64,000 nucleotides of DNA from an uncultured Chloroflexia bacterium (GTDB taxonomy: Bacteria; Chloroflexota; Limnocylindria; Limnocylindrales; CSP1-4), in contig CAVVCZ010000004.1 in NCBI GenBank assembly GCA_963746845.1, positions 1,280,001 through 1,344,000 on the forward strand. Reading direction: 5' to 3'. The position numbers and the translations under genes are program-made. The notes below the pieces were generated by a model, which was given only the letters and a program-made list of their open reading frames with translations, made no database searches and had not been told where the DNA came from. Below are positions 28,904 through 38,362 of this stretch, in pieces (the first letter of the stretch is position 1; each line of letters opens with the position of its first letter).

Positions 28904-29868
28904 TGGACCTCGGGCTGATCGCGGCCGCGGGCGTCGCCACCGGCACGGTGCTCCTCTTCGCCGCGATCGGCGAGATCTTCGCGGAGCGGGCGGGCGTCCT
29001 GAACCTCGGCGTTGAGGGGATGATGCTGATGGGCGCGGTCGCGGGCTTCTCGACGACCCTGAGCACCGGCAATCCGTGGATCGGCGTGGTGGTCGCGATG
29101 GTCGTCGGCGGCTTGCTCGGCCTGCTCCACGCCATCGTCACGATCTCGCTCCGCGCCGACCAGGTCGTGTCGGGCCTCGCCCTCACGTTCCTGGGCACCG
29201 GGCTCGCGCGAGTCCTCGGCGAGGGGCTGACGAACCAGAACGTCGAGCGCCTGCCGTCGTTCTCGATCCCCGTCCTCTCGAGCATCCCGATCCTCGGCCC
29301 GATCCTGTTCCACGACCAGAGCGTCCTGGTCTACGTGGGCTTCTTGTTCGTCCCCCTCGCCTGGTTCTGGATCGAGAAGACCCGGCCCGGCCTGCACCTC
29401 CGGGCGGTCGGCGAGGCGCCGGCGGCGGCCGACGCCCAGGGCATCGGCGTGTACCGGCTGCGCTACGTCTACGTCGCGGTCGGCGGCATGCTGGCGGGTC
29501 TCGCCGGGGCGACGATCACCCTCGCGGTCTCACCTGGATGGTTCGGTGACCAGACCGTCAACGGCCGCGGCTGGATCGCGATCGGGCTCGTGATCTTCGC
29601 CCAGTGGAACCCGATCCGGGCCGCCCTCGGCGGCTACCTGTTCGCCGCCATCACCCCGTTCATCCTCGGGCTCCAGGGCGTCGACACGATCCTCGGCGTC
29701 CAGAACCCGTTCCTGCCCGGCCGATCGGCGACGTTCTTCCTCGAGATGCTGCCGTACCTGTTCGTGATCGCGGTCGTGATCCTCGGCGCGCGCGGCGCGG
29801 CCAAGCGGCGTCTCGGCGCGCCGGCCGCGCTCGGCATCCCGTACGTCCGGGGTGAGCGCGGGCACTGA
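28903..29868 (+). CDS. ABC transporter permease
   Basis: ERAGVLNLGVEG, GLHLRAVGE, GRGWIAIGLVIFAQW. Confidence 0.93.
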   Translation: MDLGLIAAAGVATGTVLLFAAIGEIFAERAGVLNLGVEGMMLMGAVAGFSTTLSTGNPWIGVVVAMVVGGLLGLLHAIVTISLRADQVVSGLALTFLGTGLARVLGEGLTNQNVERLPSFSIPVLSSIPILGPILFHDQSVLVYVGFLFVPLAWFWIEKTRPGLHLRAVGEAPAAADAQGIGVYRLRYVYVAVGGMLAGLAGATITLAVSPGWFGDQTVNGRGWIAIGLVIFAQWNPIRAALGGYLFAAITPFILGLQGVDTILGVQNPFLPGRSATFFLEMLPYLFVIAVVILGARGAAKRRLGAPAALGIPYVRGERGH

Positions 29869-29877
29869 GCCGGAACG

Positions 29878-30018
29878 CTCAGATGACAGCCACGACGGCC
29901 TTGGGCGCGGGGGAGGCCGGTTCCTGGATCAGATGACAGCTGTGACGGCGATTGCGCCGAATCGGGCCGACGTCGCCGACCACCGGGCTGGATGAGGTGA
30001 GCGTGGCTGTCGTTTGAG
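29878..30018 (+). repeat. Intergenic inverted/direct repeat element
   Basis: CTCAGATGACAGCCACG pairs with CGTGGCTGTCGTTTGAG (17 bp with two G-U pairs); internal second copy of TCAGATGACAGC. Confidence 0.65.
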
Positions 30019-30047
30019 ACAACCGGGGCGCGGGAACCGAACTGGGC

Positions 30048-30533
30048 TCAGCCCTCGGTGTCGGCCTCGGGCGGGGGGCCGGTCGCCGGCTCGGGCTCGC
30101 CACGGCGATCCGCATCCAGGCCCTGCAGCTCCATCTGGACGAAGCCGCTCGTGTCGAACGTGAGCTGCTCTGCGCCACGGAGCACCTCGCCGTCCTCGCC
30201 CGTCGTCAGCGGCGCGTACTCGATGACCACCCGCTCATCGCCCTGGACGAGGGAGTACACGAGGAGCTGATCCGGCCGGGTGTCGAACTCGAGGTGCTCG
30301 AACGAGTCGACGTTCAGGCTGATCGAGATCGGCGTGAAGTAGGTCGAGGTCTCCGGGTCGTCGACGACGATCCGCTCAACCCAGCCCGTCCCGTGCGCGA
30401 TCAGATCGCGGCCCCGGTGGTAGCGGTAGGAGACGGTCTGCTTCAGCAGGGGCCGGAGGAGGTTCTGCATGTCCGTCCGGCTGGAGACGACGCCCTGGTT
30501 GACGAAGAACTTCGCGGCCGGGGCGCTCGACAC
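30048..30533 (-). CDS. Hypothetical protein
   Basis: Open frame with protein-like composition; GTG after AGGAG. Confidence 0.7.
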   Translation of the reverse strand: MSSAPAAKFFVNQGVVSSRTDMQNLLRPLLKQTVSYRYHRGRDLIAHGTGWVERIVVDDPETSTYFTPISISLNVDSFEHLEFDTRPDQLLVYSLVQGDERVVIEYAPLTTGEDGEVLRGAEQLTFDTSGFVQMELQGLDADRRGEPEPATGPPPEADTEG

Positions 30534-30686
30534 GGCGGTCTCCTGGGGAAGACGGACGGCGGTGGGCGGGTCGATGGTAGCGCAGTCGGGGTCGGCGGAC
30601 GGGGCCGTCCCGGCTCGGCGTGGACCCACTTGAACAGGATCGGCCGGGTCGGGACGATCCCCGACCCGGCCGTCATCACCGAGGCT

Positions 30687-31022
30687 TCACGAGGCGCCGT
30701 TCGTCTCCGCCTCCGCTTCTGCGGCCAGCGCCGCAAACCCGAGGGCTTTCGCGATCTTGCCCGTGGCGGACACGATCCGGGCGGTGCCGACGATCGGGGC
30801 GACCGCGGCGAGGACGTCGCGGGCGTCGTCGGCGGTGAGGCCGGCCTCGGCCGCCACACCGAGGTTGAGCAGATACGACGCCGGCGGGGCATCGACCGCG
30901 ACGAGTGCGGCGAGGCGGACCAGCATCAGCTCATCCGCCTCGAGGTGCGAGGTCTGGATCGACGCCTCGGTCATCGTCGCGAGCAGGTCGAGGACGGGCG
31001 TGTCCGTGGTGGTGTGGGTCAT
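30687..31022 (-). CDS. Carboxymuconolactone decarboxylase (CMD/AhpD-like) family protein
   Basis: LMLVRLAALVAVDAPPASYLLNL, LAAVAPIVGTARIV; GGAGG RBS. Confidence 0.8.
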   Translation of the reverse strand: MTHTTTDTPVLDLLATMTEASIQTSHLEADELMLVRLAALVAVDAPPASYLLNLGVAAEAGLTADDARDVLAAVAPIVGTARIVSATGKIAKALGFAALAAEAEAETNGAS

Positions 31023-31168
31023 GGTCGATCGCCTCCGGCTTCACGTGGGTTCCTGAGCGGGACATGACTGGTCAGGTCGTCCCCGCGACAGCGTCGGTCG
31101 GCCGGTCCCCGGGTTCAATGGCGCCCACCCCACGACGACCGCCCGGTGGCGCACTCTATGATCCGGCC

Positions 31169-31984
31169 ATGCTCCTGGCGGTCGACATCGGGAACACGAA
31201 CGTCACGACCGGGCTGTTCCGGAACGGCGCGCTCGTCGCAACGCGGCGCGCCGATACGAACCCCCGCGCCTCGACCGACGAGACCGAGCATCTCCTCGAC
31301 GCCCTGCTCGGTCTCGACGACGCGTCGTTCGCGGACGTCTCGGGGATCGTCGCGTGCTCCGTCGTGCCGGCCCTGACCGCGGCCCTCGAGGCGATCGCGG
31401 CCCGTCACGAGCGGCCCCTCCTGGTCGCGTCGTCCGGGAACGTCCCGATCGCCGTCCGGACGGATCGACCGGCGGAGGTCGGTGCGGATCGGCTGGTGAA
31501 CGCCCTGGCAGCGGCGCGGCTCCACGGGACCCCTGCGATCGTCGCCGACTTCGGAACCGCGACGACGTTCGACTGCGTGGCCGCGGACGGGGCATTCGTC
31601 GGCGGCGCGATCGCCCCGGGGCTGGAGCTGGGGCTCGAGGCGCTCGCGGCGCGGACGGCGAAGCTGCCACGGGTCGACCTGCGAGCGCCGGACCGGGCGA
31701 TCGGGCGTGACACGGCCGGGGCGATCCAGAGTGGGACGGTGCTCGGGCACCAGGCCATGGCGAACGGGCTGATCGCGCGGATGCGGGCCGAGCTCGCGGA
31801 GACGTCCGGCACGGCGGCTCGTGACGTCCGGGTGATCCTGACCGGTGGCCTCTCCGCCGCGCCCTGGGCGCGCGGCCTCGAGGGCGTCGACGCGATCGAT
31901 CCCGACTTGACCCTCAAGGGGCTCGCGATCCTCCACGCGGAGGTCGGCGGCGGCCAGCCGCTCGAGCTGGGGCTGCCGGGATGA
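31169..31984 (+). CDS. coaX: Type III pantothenate kinase
   Basis: LLAVDIGNTN, VGADRLVN, DFGTATTFD, GGAIAPG. Confidence 0.95.
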   Translation: MLLAVDIGNTNVTTGLFRNGALVATRRADTNPRASTDETEHLLDALLGLDDASFADVSGIVACSVVPALTAALEAIAARHERPLLVASSGNVPIAVRTDRPAEVGADRLVNALAAARLHGTPAIVADFGTATTFDCVAADGAFVGGAIAPGLELGLEALAARTAKLPRVDLRAPDRAIGRDTAGAIQSGTVLGHQAMANGLIARMRAELAETSGTAARDVRVILTGGLSAAPWARGLEGVDAIDPDLTLKGLAILHAEVGGGQPLELGLPG

Positions 31985-33354
31985 CCGCGGACGACGCGGC
32001 GCCGGCCCCGGGCCGCCTCGCCGGCCGGCTGATCGCGCTCGGCGTCACCGGATCGATCGCCGCCTACAAGGCCGCCGACCTCGTCCGGCGGCTGGCCGAC
32101 GAGGGAGCCGACGTGGTCGTCCTGATGACCCCATCGGCGACCCGCTTCGTCGGGCCGCTGACGTTCGCGGCCCTGACCCGCCACCCGGTCGAGACGGACA
32201 TCGGCAGCCTGCTCCCGGATCAGCGGATCGGGCACATCGTGATCGCGGACAGCGCGGACGTGGTCGTCGTCGCCCCGGCCACTGCCCACTGGATGGCGGC
32301 GATGGCGACGGGTCTCGCGGGCGACGCCGTGACGGCCGTCTGTCTCGCGACGACGGCACCGGTGGTCGTGGCTCCGGCGATGGACGGCGAGATGTACGCC
32401 CACCCCGCGACGCGCGCGAACGTCGCCCGGCTCCGCGACGACTTCCGCTACCGGATCGTGGAGCCCGCGGCGGGTCCGCTCGCGTCGGGCCAGGTGGGCC
32501 GGGGCAGGCTCGCGGAGACCACGGACATCGTCGAGGCGGTCGTCGCGGCGCTGGCCGGCGCACCCATCCGGAGCCCGGACGCCGGCACGCGGCCACCGCT
32601 CGTCGATCCGGCACGGACGGCGGACCTCGAGGGCCGCCACATCGTCGTCAGCGCCGGCGGCACCGCCGAGCCGATCGACCCTGTCCGGTTCATCGGCAAC
32701 CACTCGAGCGGGAAGATGGGCGTCGCATTGGCCAAGGCGGCGGCCGCCCGCGGAGCGCACGTGACCCTGGTCGCCGGAAGCGTGAGCGTCGCGCTGCCGA
32801 GCGACGACGCGGTCATGGTCGTCCGCGCGGAGACGACCGCCGCGATGGGCGACGCGGTTCGCCGGGCGATGGAGGGCGCGGATGCCCTGGTCATGGCCGC
32901 CGCGGTGGCCGACTTCCGACCTCGCAGGTCGGCCACGACGAAGCTGACCCGCGACGAAGGCCTGACGCTCGATCTCGAGCCGACCGAGGACATCCTCGCC
33001 GGCATCGGGTCGAGCGTCGCCGGGGCCCCGTCCGGCCGGCCCCGCCCCGTCCTCGTCGGGTTCGCCGCCGAGACCGGCTCGCTGGATCGCGCGGCCGACA
33101 AGCTCCGGCGCAAGCACGTCGACCTCCTCGTCGCGAACGACGTCGCGGAGCCCGGATCCGGCTTCGGGACCGACACGAACCGGGTCACGATCCTCGCGGC
33201 CGACGGCTCGCGCGAAGACCTGCCCCTCCTCACGAAGCGCGAGGTCGCCGACCGAATCCTCGACCGCGTCGCCGTCGCGCTCGATGCCCGGACGCTGGAC
33301 GCCCACGGCGACGCCGCGCAGACTGGACCCGTGACACAGGAGAGCCCAGCGTGA
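31981..33354 (+). CDS. coaBC: Phosphopantothenoylcysteine decarboxylase/ligase
   Basis: GVTGSIAAYK, APAM, GTAEPIDPVRFIGNHSSGKMG, VGFAAET. Confidence 0.96.
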   Translation: MTADDAAPAPGRLAGRLIALGVTGSIAAYKAADLVRRLADEGADVVVLMTPSATRFVGPLTFAALTRHPVETDIGSLLPDQRIGHIVIADSADVVVVAPATAHWMAAMATGLAGDAVTAVCLATTAPVVVAPAMDGEMYAHPATRANVARLRDDFRYRIVEPAAGPLASGQVGRGRLAETTDIVEAVVAALAGAPIRSPDAGTRPPLVDPARTADLEGRHIVVSAGGTAEPIDPVRFIGNHSSGKMGVALAKAAAARGAHVTLVAGSVSVALPSDDAVMVVRAETTAAMGDAVRRAMEGADALVMAAAVADFRPRRSATTKLTRDEGLTLDLEPTEDILAGIGSSVAGAPSGRPRPVLVGFAAETGSLDRAADKLRRKHVDLLVANDVAEPGSGFGTDTNRVTILAADGSREDLPLLTKREVADRILDRVAVALDARTLDAHGDAAQTGPVTQESPA

Positions 33355-34268
33355 GTGCCAACCCCACCCCCGAGACCGTCCGCCGGCTGACCGTCGGCGA
33401 CATCGCCCGGCTGCACGCCGACGGCCAGCGGATCGCGATGTTGACCGCCTACGACTACCCGACGGCGAAGCTCCTCGACGAGGCCGGAATCCCCCTGATC
33501 CTCGTCGGCGACTCGCTGGGCCGGGCGATGCTCGGGTACGAGAGCGAGATCCCGGTCTCGATGGCGGACATGCTCCACCACACCGCGGCCGTCGTCCGCG
33601 GCGCGAAGCACGCCCTCGTCGTCGGCGACATGCCGTTCCTGACCTACTCGACGCGCGAACAGGCCGTCACGAACGCGGGCCGCTTCCTGGCCGAGGCCGG
33701 GGCGCAGGCCGTGAAGGTCGAGGGCGGCGTCCGCTCGGCGCGGACGATCGAGGCGCTGGTCAGGACCGGCATCCCGACGATGGGCCACATCGGCTGGACG
33801 CCACAGGCCGCGAACGCCGCGGGCAAGGTGCGGGTGCTCGGCAAGAGCCGGGAACAGGCACGGGCCCTCCTCCACGACGCGCTGGCCGTCCAGGAGGCGG
33901 GCGCCTTCTCGATCGTGCTCGAGCTCGTCCCCGAGCAGCTCGCGGCGGCGATCACGGATCGCCTCCGGATCCCGACGATCGGGATCGGAGCGGGCGCGGG
34001 CTGCAGCGGCCAGGTCCAGGTCATCACCGACCTGCTCGGCTGGGATGCGTGGCACCCGAAGCACGCGAAGCCGTACGCGGACCTGCGCGGGACGATCCTC
34101 GCCGCCGCGAAGGCGTATGCCGACGACGTCGCCGCCGGCACGTTCCCGGGCCCCGAGCAGACCGTGCGGATGTCCGAGGATGTCCTCGACGAGGTCCTCG
34201 GTCGCGGCGCGATCGACCGCGATGCAGACAACCCTGCCGAGGGAATCCCGCTCGATCGCGACCTCTAG
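33351..34268 (+). CDS. panB: 3-methyl-2-oxobutanoate hydroxymethyltransferase
   Basis: MLTAYD, ILVGDSLG, DMPF, VKVEGG, TIGIGAG. Confidence 0.96.
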   Translation: MSANPTPETVRRLTVGDIARLHADGQRIAMLTAYDYPTAKLLDEAGIPLILVGDSLGRAMLGYESEIPVSMADMLHHTAAVVRGAKHALVVGDMPFLTYSTREQAVTNAGRFLAEAGAQAVKVEGGVRSARTIEALVRTGIPTMGHIGWTPQAANAAGKVRVLGKSREQARALLHDALAVQEAGAFSIVLELVPEQLAAAITDRLRIPTIGIGAGAGCSGQVQVITDLLGWDAWHPKHAKPYADLRGTILAAAKAYADDVAAGTFPGPEQTVRMSEDVLDEVLGRGAIDRDADNPAEGIPLDRDL

Positions 34269-34275
34269 CCCGACG

Positions 34276-34323
34276 CGGGCCGTTCGGCCCTCTCGATCAG
34301 CCCCACCCGGGCCGTTCGGCCCT
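34276..34323. promoter_or_regulatory. Tandem 16-bp near-palindromes (OsdR/DosR-like boxes)
   Basis: CGGGCCGTTCGGCCCT at 34276-34291 and 34308-34323, upstream of ORF 34460. Confidence 0.55.
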
Positions 34324-34459
34324 CTCGACCCCTGCCACGCGACCCTCAGGAGGGGCCGCGCGCCCCTGTGCCCCGAACCCCTCCGCGGGCGACGCTGCCC
34401 TCATCAAGCAATGACAGCGTGGCCGGCAGAGATCCGGCCAGCGGGAAAGGGATGCAACC

Positions 34460-35146
34460 ATGATCGGTCGTTTGAAGGTCCTCGGAGTCGTCCTGGCGGT
34501 CTTCGGCCTCGCGTTCGTCGCCGGCGGAGCCTATGCGTTCGTCCGGACGCAGGACGGAGCGAAGTCCCTGCAGGCGTTCAGCGCCGTGCAGGGCGTCAAC
34601 CTCAGCTACAACGACCAGGGTCAGCTGACCGACGGCGGCGACGTCGCAGGCGGCCAGGCGATCCTGTCGCTCCTGGCGAACGACTGGGGCTACAAGGTCG
34701 ACGCGAGCGAGCTCAATCCCAATGACCCGCTCGTCAACACGGCCAGCGAATACATGGTCCAGATGGCCACGATCGCCCACCACACGCTCGACAGCGTCCA
34801 GACGGTCGTCCTCGACAAGGACGTCACCGCTGCTGACGGCACGGTCTTCAAGGCCGGCACGTACGAGTTCCCGGTCGACGGCCGCTACTGGGCCCAGTTC
34901 AACCGCGCCAATCCGATCGAGGCTGCGGCCCGCGCACAGGCCTGGACCGGCACGGCTCACGCCCTGATCGCCGAGCTCGGCGTCGGCAGCGTTACCGCTT
35001 CCACCATTCAGATGGGCCTCGGGCTTGCGGCACTGTTCGCCGCTCTCGGTGTGACCCTCATCGTCGCCGGCCTTGGCCTCGTCTGGGCAACGCGCCCGGA
35101 GTCGGTCAAGGTCCCGGTCCTCCGTCCCGCGGTCAACCCCGCCTGA
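34460..35146 (+). CDS. Hypothetical membrane protein (N- and C-terminal TM helices)
   Basis: Clean ORF with AAGGGA RBS and two hydrophobic segments. Confidence 0.75.
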   Translation: MIGRLKVLGVVLAVFGLAFVAGGAYAFVRTQDGAKSLQAFSAVQGVNLSYNDQGQLTDGGDVAGGQAILSLLANDWGYKVDASELNPNDPLVNTASEYMVQMATIAHHTLDSVQTVVLDKDVTAADGTVFKAGTYEFPVDGRYWAQFNRANPIEAAARAQAWTGTAHALIAELGVGSVTASTIQMGLGLAALFAALGVTLIVAGLGLVWATRPESVKVPVLRPAVNPA

Positions 35147-35192
35147 CGCGACGTAACCGATCCGGGGCGAGGGGGAATCGTCGTCCTGGATC

Positions 35193-35273
35193 AGGGGGGC
35201 GGCGACTCTCGACCGAGGTTGCCGCCCCCCTCCCCCCACCGAACCCCGAGGTCCATCCGGACCTCGGGTTCGG
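35193..35273 (+). terminator. Two GC-rich hairpins after ORF 34460
   Basis: AGGGGGGCGGCGAC...GTTGCCGCCCCCCT and CCGAACCCCGAGGTCC...GGACCTCGGGTTCGG; no U tract. Confidence 0.45.
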
Positions 35274-35307
35274 CATGTCCGTGCCCGGATGCCGTAGCCT
35301 CCGTCCC

Positions 35308-36168
35308 ATGACCGCGACCCGTCCGGCCACCCTGGTCGTTCGCACGCGCGAGGAGCTGCGAGCGGCGCTCGCCGATCCGCCGAGGCCCTTCGGGCTCGTC
35401 CCGACGATGGGCTGGCTCCACGCCGGCCACCGCTCGCTCATGCAGCGCGCTCGAGCGGACAACGCGACGACGATCGCGACGATCTTCGTGAACCCGCGCC
35501 AGTTCAACGAGGCGGCCGACTACCAGCGCTACCCCCGCAACGAGGCCCGCGACCTCGCGATCTTCGAGGAGGAGGACGTCGACGTCGTCTTCGCGCCGGA
35601 CGTCGAGGAGGTCTATCCGCCCGGGTTCGACACGACCGTGGCGGTCGGCGCGGTGGCGCGTCCCCTGGAGGGCGCGGCGAGGCCGGGGCACTTTGACGGG
35701 GTCGCGACCGTCGTCGCGATCCTGTTCGACCTGATCGGCGCGGATCGCGCGTACTTCGGCCAGAAGGACGCCCAGCAGGTCATGGTCATCCGCCAGATGG
35801 CGCGCGACCTGGCGATCCCGACGAAGGTGGTCGCCTGCCCCACCGTCCGGGAGCCGGACGGGCTGGCGCTCTCGTCGCGGAACGTCCACCTCTCGCCCGA
35901 CCAGCGCGCCGCGGCGCCGGTCCTGCGGCGGGCGTTGCTCGCGGCGCGCGACCGCTGGGAGGCCGGCGAGCGATCCGGCGACGCCTTGCGAGCCGCGATG
36001 TCGGACACGCTCGCGGCCGAGCCCCTGGCGACGCCGGCCTATGTGAGCGTCGCGGATGGTCAGACCCTGGCGGAGCTGGACCGGGTGCCCGACGGTGCCC
36101 CGGCCCTCCTGTCCCTCGCCGTCCGATTCGGCCCGACTCGGCTGATCGACAACGAGCCCCTGCCATGA
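35308..36168 (+). CDS. panC: Pantoate--beta-alanine ligase
   Basis: VPTMGWLHAGH, IFVNPRQF, RPGHFDGV, FGQKDAQQ, GLALSSRN, RLIDN. Confidence 0.96.
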   Translation: MTATRPATLVVRTREELRAALADPPRPFGLVPTMGWLHAGHRSLMQRARADNATTIATIFVNPRQFNEAADYQRYPRNEARDLAIFEEEDVDVVFAPDVEEVYPPGFDTTVAVGAVARPLEGAARPGHFDGVATVVAILFDLIGADRAYFGQKDAQQVMVIRQMARDLAIPTKVVACPTVREPDGLALSSRNVHLSPDQRAAAPVLRRALLAARDRWEAGERSGDALRAAMSDTLAAEPLATPAYVSVADGQTLAELDRVPDGAPALLSLAVRFGPTRLIDNEPLP

Positions 36169-36253
36169 CGGGAACCGATCCGGCGCGACGGATGTATCCC
36201 GGGCACACCGAACCACGCGGCCGGATGCCGCGTCTCGAGCTCCGGAGGATCCG

Positions 36254-36946
36254 ATGACCACACGCCGCATGGGCCGGACGATCGCCGTCGTCGCCGCCGC
36301 GTTCCTCGCTCTGCTGATCGCCGCGCCGGCGGCCCTCGCCAAGGAGGGCATCGAGACGCGCCTGGCCGCCCCGATCTCGGGTGACGCCCAACCGGGCGAC
36401 ATCGTGCCCGTCTACTTCACCGCGAGCGCGATCAGCGAGACCGGAATGACGCCGGTCTACGGGACGAACATCTTCTTCCGCCTGTACGGTCCCACCGGTG
36501 CGATGACGGAGGCGACGGCGGTCGAGCAGTCGACGCCCGGGACCTTCAAGGTCATGATCGAGATCCCGTCCGGCGGCGCCGCCCGCGCGGAGTTCGGGAT
36601 CCATGGGACGTCCCCCAACGGCCCGTCCGACATGGTCTGGGCCTACGACGGGATGCTTGTCTCGGCCAGGACGCCGCCCGCGGTCGACCCGAACGCCTTC
36701 CAGCTGCCGAAGCCGCGCTACGAGCCGGTGACCCCGGTGACCGGTTCCGGCCCGGCGCTCGCGACGGACGGCTCCTCGACGACGGCCACCACTCCAACGA
36801 CCACGACACCGGCTCCCGCGGCTTCCGCGCCGTTCCCGGTCGATCCGCGAGCCGTCGGCGTCGGTGCGCTGGCCGTCGCCGGTCTCGCGATCCTGGCCGG
36901 CCTCGGCCTTCGCCATCGCCGCCACGGGCAGACGTCCGCCGTCTGA
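36254..36946 (+). CDS. Hypothetical secreted protein with C-terminal membrane anchor
   Basis: Signal peptide ending APAALA, Thr/Pro linker, TM helix followed by RHRRH; GGAGG RBS. Confidence 0.75.
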   Translation: MTTRRMGRTIAVVAAAFLALLIAAPAALAKEGIETRLAAPISGDAQPGDIVPVYFTASAISETGMTPVYGTNIFFRLYGPTGAMTEATAVEQSTPGTFKVMIEIPSGGAARAEFGIHGTSPNGPSDMVWAYDGMLVSARTPPAVDPNAFQLPKPRYEPVTPVTGSGPALATDGSSTTATTPTTTTPAPAASAPFPVDPRAVGVGALAVAGLAILAGLGLRHRRHGQTSAV

Positions 36947-37170
36947 GCTCTCTCCCTCCCGCACAGGATCGGGCGCTCCGTCGCGGGAGCGCCCGATCCG
37001 CTCGTTCAGGGTTCTCATCGCTCGCGGGTGGTCGCCGACCCCCGGTGCGGTCCGGCCGTGACGGAGAGCCAGCGCGAGATACACGAGCCACCCGATCCCG
37101 AGGACGATGGCGAGCGCGACGAGGATCGGGCAGCGGCCTGATCCGCACGCCGGGCGCGTCAACCGCCGCG

Positions 37171-38361
37171 TCAGGCCGTTGGGGCCTCCCGGGCGACCGC
37201 CAGGATCCGTTCGATGTCGAGGTGCTTCGCGACGAGACCCTTGATCAGCTCGATCTTCTCACGGTCCGCCGGGTGGGTCTTCACGAGCAGGTCGTGGACC
37301 TCCGAGGCGACCGCGTAGGTGTCCTCCTTGACGATCGTCGCGAACAGGTCGGCCTGGCGGATCGCCGCCAGGACCGGGTCGCGCGGGCGGTAGCCACCGG
37401 TCAGGACCAGCCCCACCGCGGCCCCCTCGTGACCGTCGACGTTGGCCGTCCGCTCGTTCGTGGCCTCGGCCGCGATCTGGGCGATCCGCGCCGCCTCGGC
37501 GGCTCCAGCGACCCGGAACCGCCGGGCGAGGTGGGCGGTCGTCAGGGTCAGGATCACGTCCTCGCGGTCACCCGGGACGATGACCAGCGTCCCCGGGCCG
37601 ACTCGCTCGAGCATGTGGCGCGGCTCCATCGCCCCGATCGCGACCCCGTCGATCACCCGATCGAGGTCGGGGCCGGGGTGGATCGTCTCGCCGCCGACGC
37701 CGTCGAGGATCATGCCGAGGGTCGGGTTCGACAGGATCGGCCGGACCGGCAGGACGCCGAGCAGGCGGATCCCGTTGAGCGCGAGCCCGCGCTCGAGGAC
37801 GTCGGCGATCCCCGGCTGCGCGTCGAGGTCGACCTTGTTGACGATGGCGCCCGCGACGGGCACGCCGTGCGCGGCGAAGTGCGACGCGTTGAGGACGATC
37901 TCGTCGATCGGCCGGCCGACGCCGCCCTCGCTGACGATGATCGCCGGCGCCCCCAGCATCGACGCGACGACCGCATTCGACAGCCCGATGACGGCCCCGA
38001 CCCCGGCGTGTCCGGTCCCCTCGATCAGGAGCATCTCGAACCGGTCCCGGAACGTGTCGCGGGCGGCGACGATCCGCGCCCCGAGGTCCTCGACGACGTC
38101 GCCCGCGATGTACTTCTTCGTGAATCCGCGCGGGATGTGGACCGGGCTCATCGCTCCGTACTCGGCCGCGAGATCGAACGTCTCGTGCATGAGCACCGCG
38201 TCCTCGTCGGCGGGCTGGCCGTGGTCGATCACCGTCCGCTGCCCGACCGGCTTCATGAACGCCGTCCTGAGGCCCGCTTGCTGGAACCCGTCGAACAGGC
38301 CGAGCGCGGCCGTGGTCTTGCCGCGGTTCTGGCCCGTGGCCGCGAGGTAGAGCTGTCGCAC
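37171..38361 (-). CDS. Phosphotransacetylase-family protein (BioD-like AAA plus DRTGG domains, no catalytic Pta domain)
   Basis: ATGQNRGKTT, FMKPVG, IEGTGH, PGDREDV. Confidence 0.85.
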   Translation of the reverse strand: MRQLYLAATGQNRGKTTAALGLFDGFQQAGLRTAFMKPVGQRTVIDHGQPADEDAVLMHETFDLAAEYGAMSPVHIPRGFTKKYIAGDVVEDLGARIVAARDTFRDRFEMLLIEGTGHAGVGAVIGLSNAVVASMLGAPAIIVSEGGVGRPIDEIVLNASHFAAHGVPVAGAIVNKVDLDAQPGIADVLERGLALNGIRLLGVLPVRPILSNPTLGMILDGVGGETIHPGPDLDRVIDGVAIGAMEPRHMLERVGPGTLVIVPGDREDVILTLTTAHLARRFRVAGAAEAARIAQIAAEATNERTANVDGHEGAAVGLVLTGGYRPRDPVLAAIRQADLFATIVKEDTYAVASEVHDLLVKTHPADREKIELIKGLVAKHLDIERILAVAREAPTA

Positions 38362-38362
38362 G

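Noticed and set aside
34276-34328. Direct repeats as a mini-CRISPR
   Set aside because: Only two 21-bp copies with an 11-nt gap and no cas genes
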